A program made the position numbers and the translations under genes. A DNA stretch of 64,000 bases, taken from the NCBI GenBank assembly GCA_000004985.1, contig GG738926.1, one strand, 5' to 3'. Position 1 is the first letter of the stretch. Each line of letters begins with the position of its first letter. This stretch comes from Naegleria gruberi. Taxonomy: Eukaryota. The notes beneath the pieces are model-generated. The model did no database searches. It was not told where the DNA came from and saw nothing but the letters and a program-made list of their open reading frames with translations. Below, one piece after another: positions 63,614 through 64,000 of this stretch.

Positions 63614-64000
63614 TTAAACATTTGGTTGTGCTGTCTTGGCAGCATTATTCTTCTTAGCTTCACATTCTTTTTGATAATTAGTAACAAATTCTTGAACTCT
63701 CTTATCCTTCTTTCTCAATCTGTCCCAAATATCCATCATGTCTTGTTCGCAATGCTTTGCCAGTGCATTAAAAAAGTCCTTAGATAGAGGTTTAGTGACA
63801 TCATCAATAGTCTTTCCAATTTCTTCCTTATTGAATTTAGAAGGTAAGTTTAATTCCATAGGAGCATCAGACTTTAAATATTTGTTTTGAATATTCTTTG
63901 CCAATTTTCTTCTTGCCTTGACATTTGACTTTCTCTTGTACAATTGAATTTCCTTCCAAGCTCTTTAAAGGTTATTAAATCACAATGTTGTTATACTTAC
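63614..64000 (-). CDS. 3' part of a spliced gene (terminal exon 63962..63614; intron GTAAGT..AG occupies 64000..63963; upstream exon lies outside the window)
   Basis: The ORF-track start is TTG. The frame stays open upstream to an AG acceptor at 63964/63963, and the minus-strand window edge reads GTAAGTATAAC...CTTTAAAG. Confidence 0.5.

Noticed and set aside
63990-64000. atacttac at the extreme 3' end resembling the 5' end of U1 snRNA (ATACTTACCTG)
   Set aside because: Only 8 nt, and on the minus strand this is simply the GTAAGTAT donor of an intron. Coincidental.
1-64000. Prokaryote-style features: CRISPR arrays, operons, defence-island architecture, rRNA
   Set aside because: None present. 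Spliceosomal introns, poly-Pro FH1, homeobox, formin and IP3R make this unambiguously eukaryotic nuclear DNA.

Overview
This window is an AT-rich, gene-dense eukaryotic nuclear segment, with about 37 protein-coding genes in 64 kb. Frequent poly-N/Q/S/T tracts, 'aaaaATG' start contexts, mostly single-exon genes and a few very short AT-rich GTAAGT...AG introns (42-101 nt) point to a dictyostelid-like amoebozoan, probably a draft assembly (N-gap at 60040-60088). There is no prokaryotic content: no operons, CRISPR arrays or rRNA. One tRNA-Arg(UCU) is present.

Recognisable genes include:
- a single-exon IP3-receptor-type Ca2+ channel (2777 aa)
- two tandem paralogous 7TM receptors with Cys-rich ectodomains
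- mitochondrial acyl carrier protein, a TBC Rab-GAP, a ponticulin-like GPI protein
- a trypsin-like serine protease with 3 exons
- an F-box protein, a parvovirus-type PLA2-like protein, a DNAJB12/14-like J-protein, glutaminyl-tRNA synthetase
- a TALE homeobox protein, an SDR oxidoreductase
- a 944-aa protein with an N-terminal Pol-beta-type nucleotidyltransferase motif
- a DUF4116-like repeat protein, a BCS1-like AAA ATPase
- a membrane-anchored class III cyclase-homology gene split across two ORFs
- a 4-exon diaphanous-type formin, a 3-exon ankyrin-repeat gene
- a PL7 alginate-lyase-like secreted protein (candidate horizontal acquisition)
- V-ATPase subunit D and a BTB protein
- an RGS-domain gene with a 63-nt intron running off the 5' edge.

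The supplied ORF track uses alternative start codons (TTG/GTG/CTG shown as M), so several track starts are not real ATGs. Gene starts were re-anchored on in-frame ATGs with A-rich context. Some hand-derived coordinates may be off by 1-2 nt.

Non-coding observations: palindromic E2F-like TTTGGCGCCAAA elements sit in two divergent promoters. Convergent gene pairs are extremely tight (17-18 bp between stop codons). One assembly gap lies inside a 48-bp coding tandem repeat.
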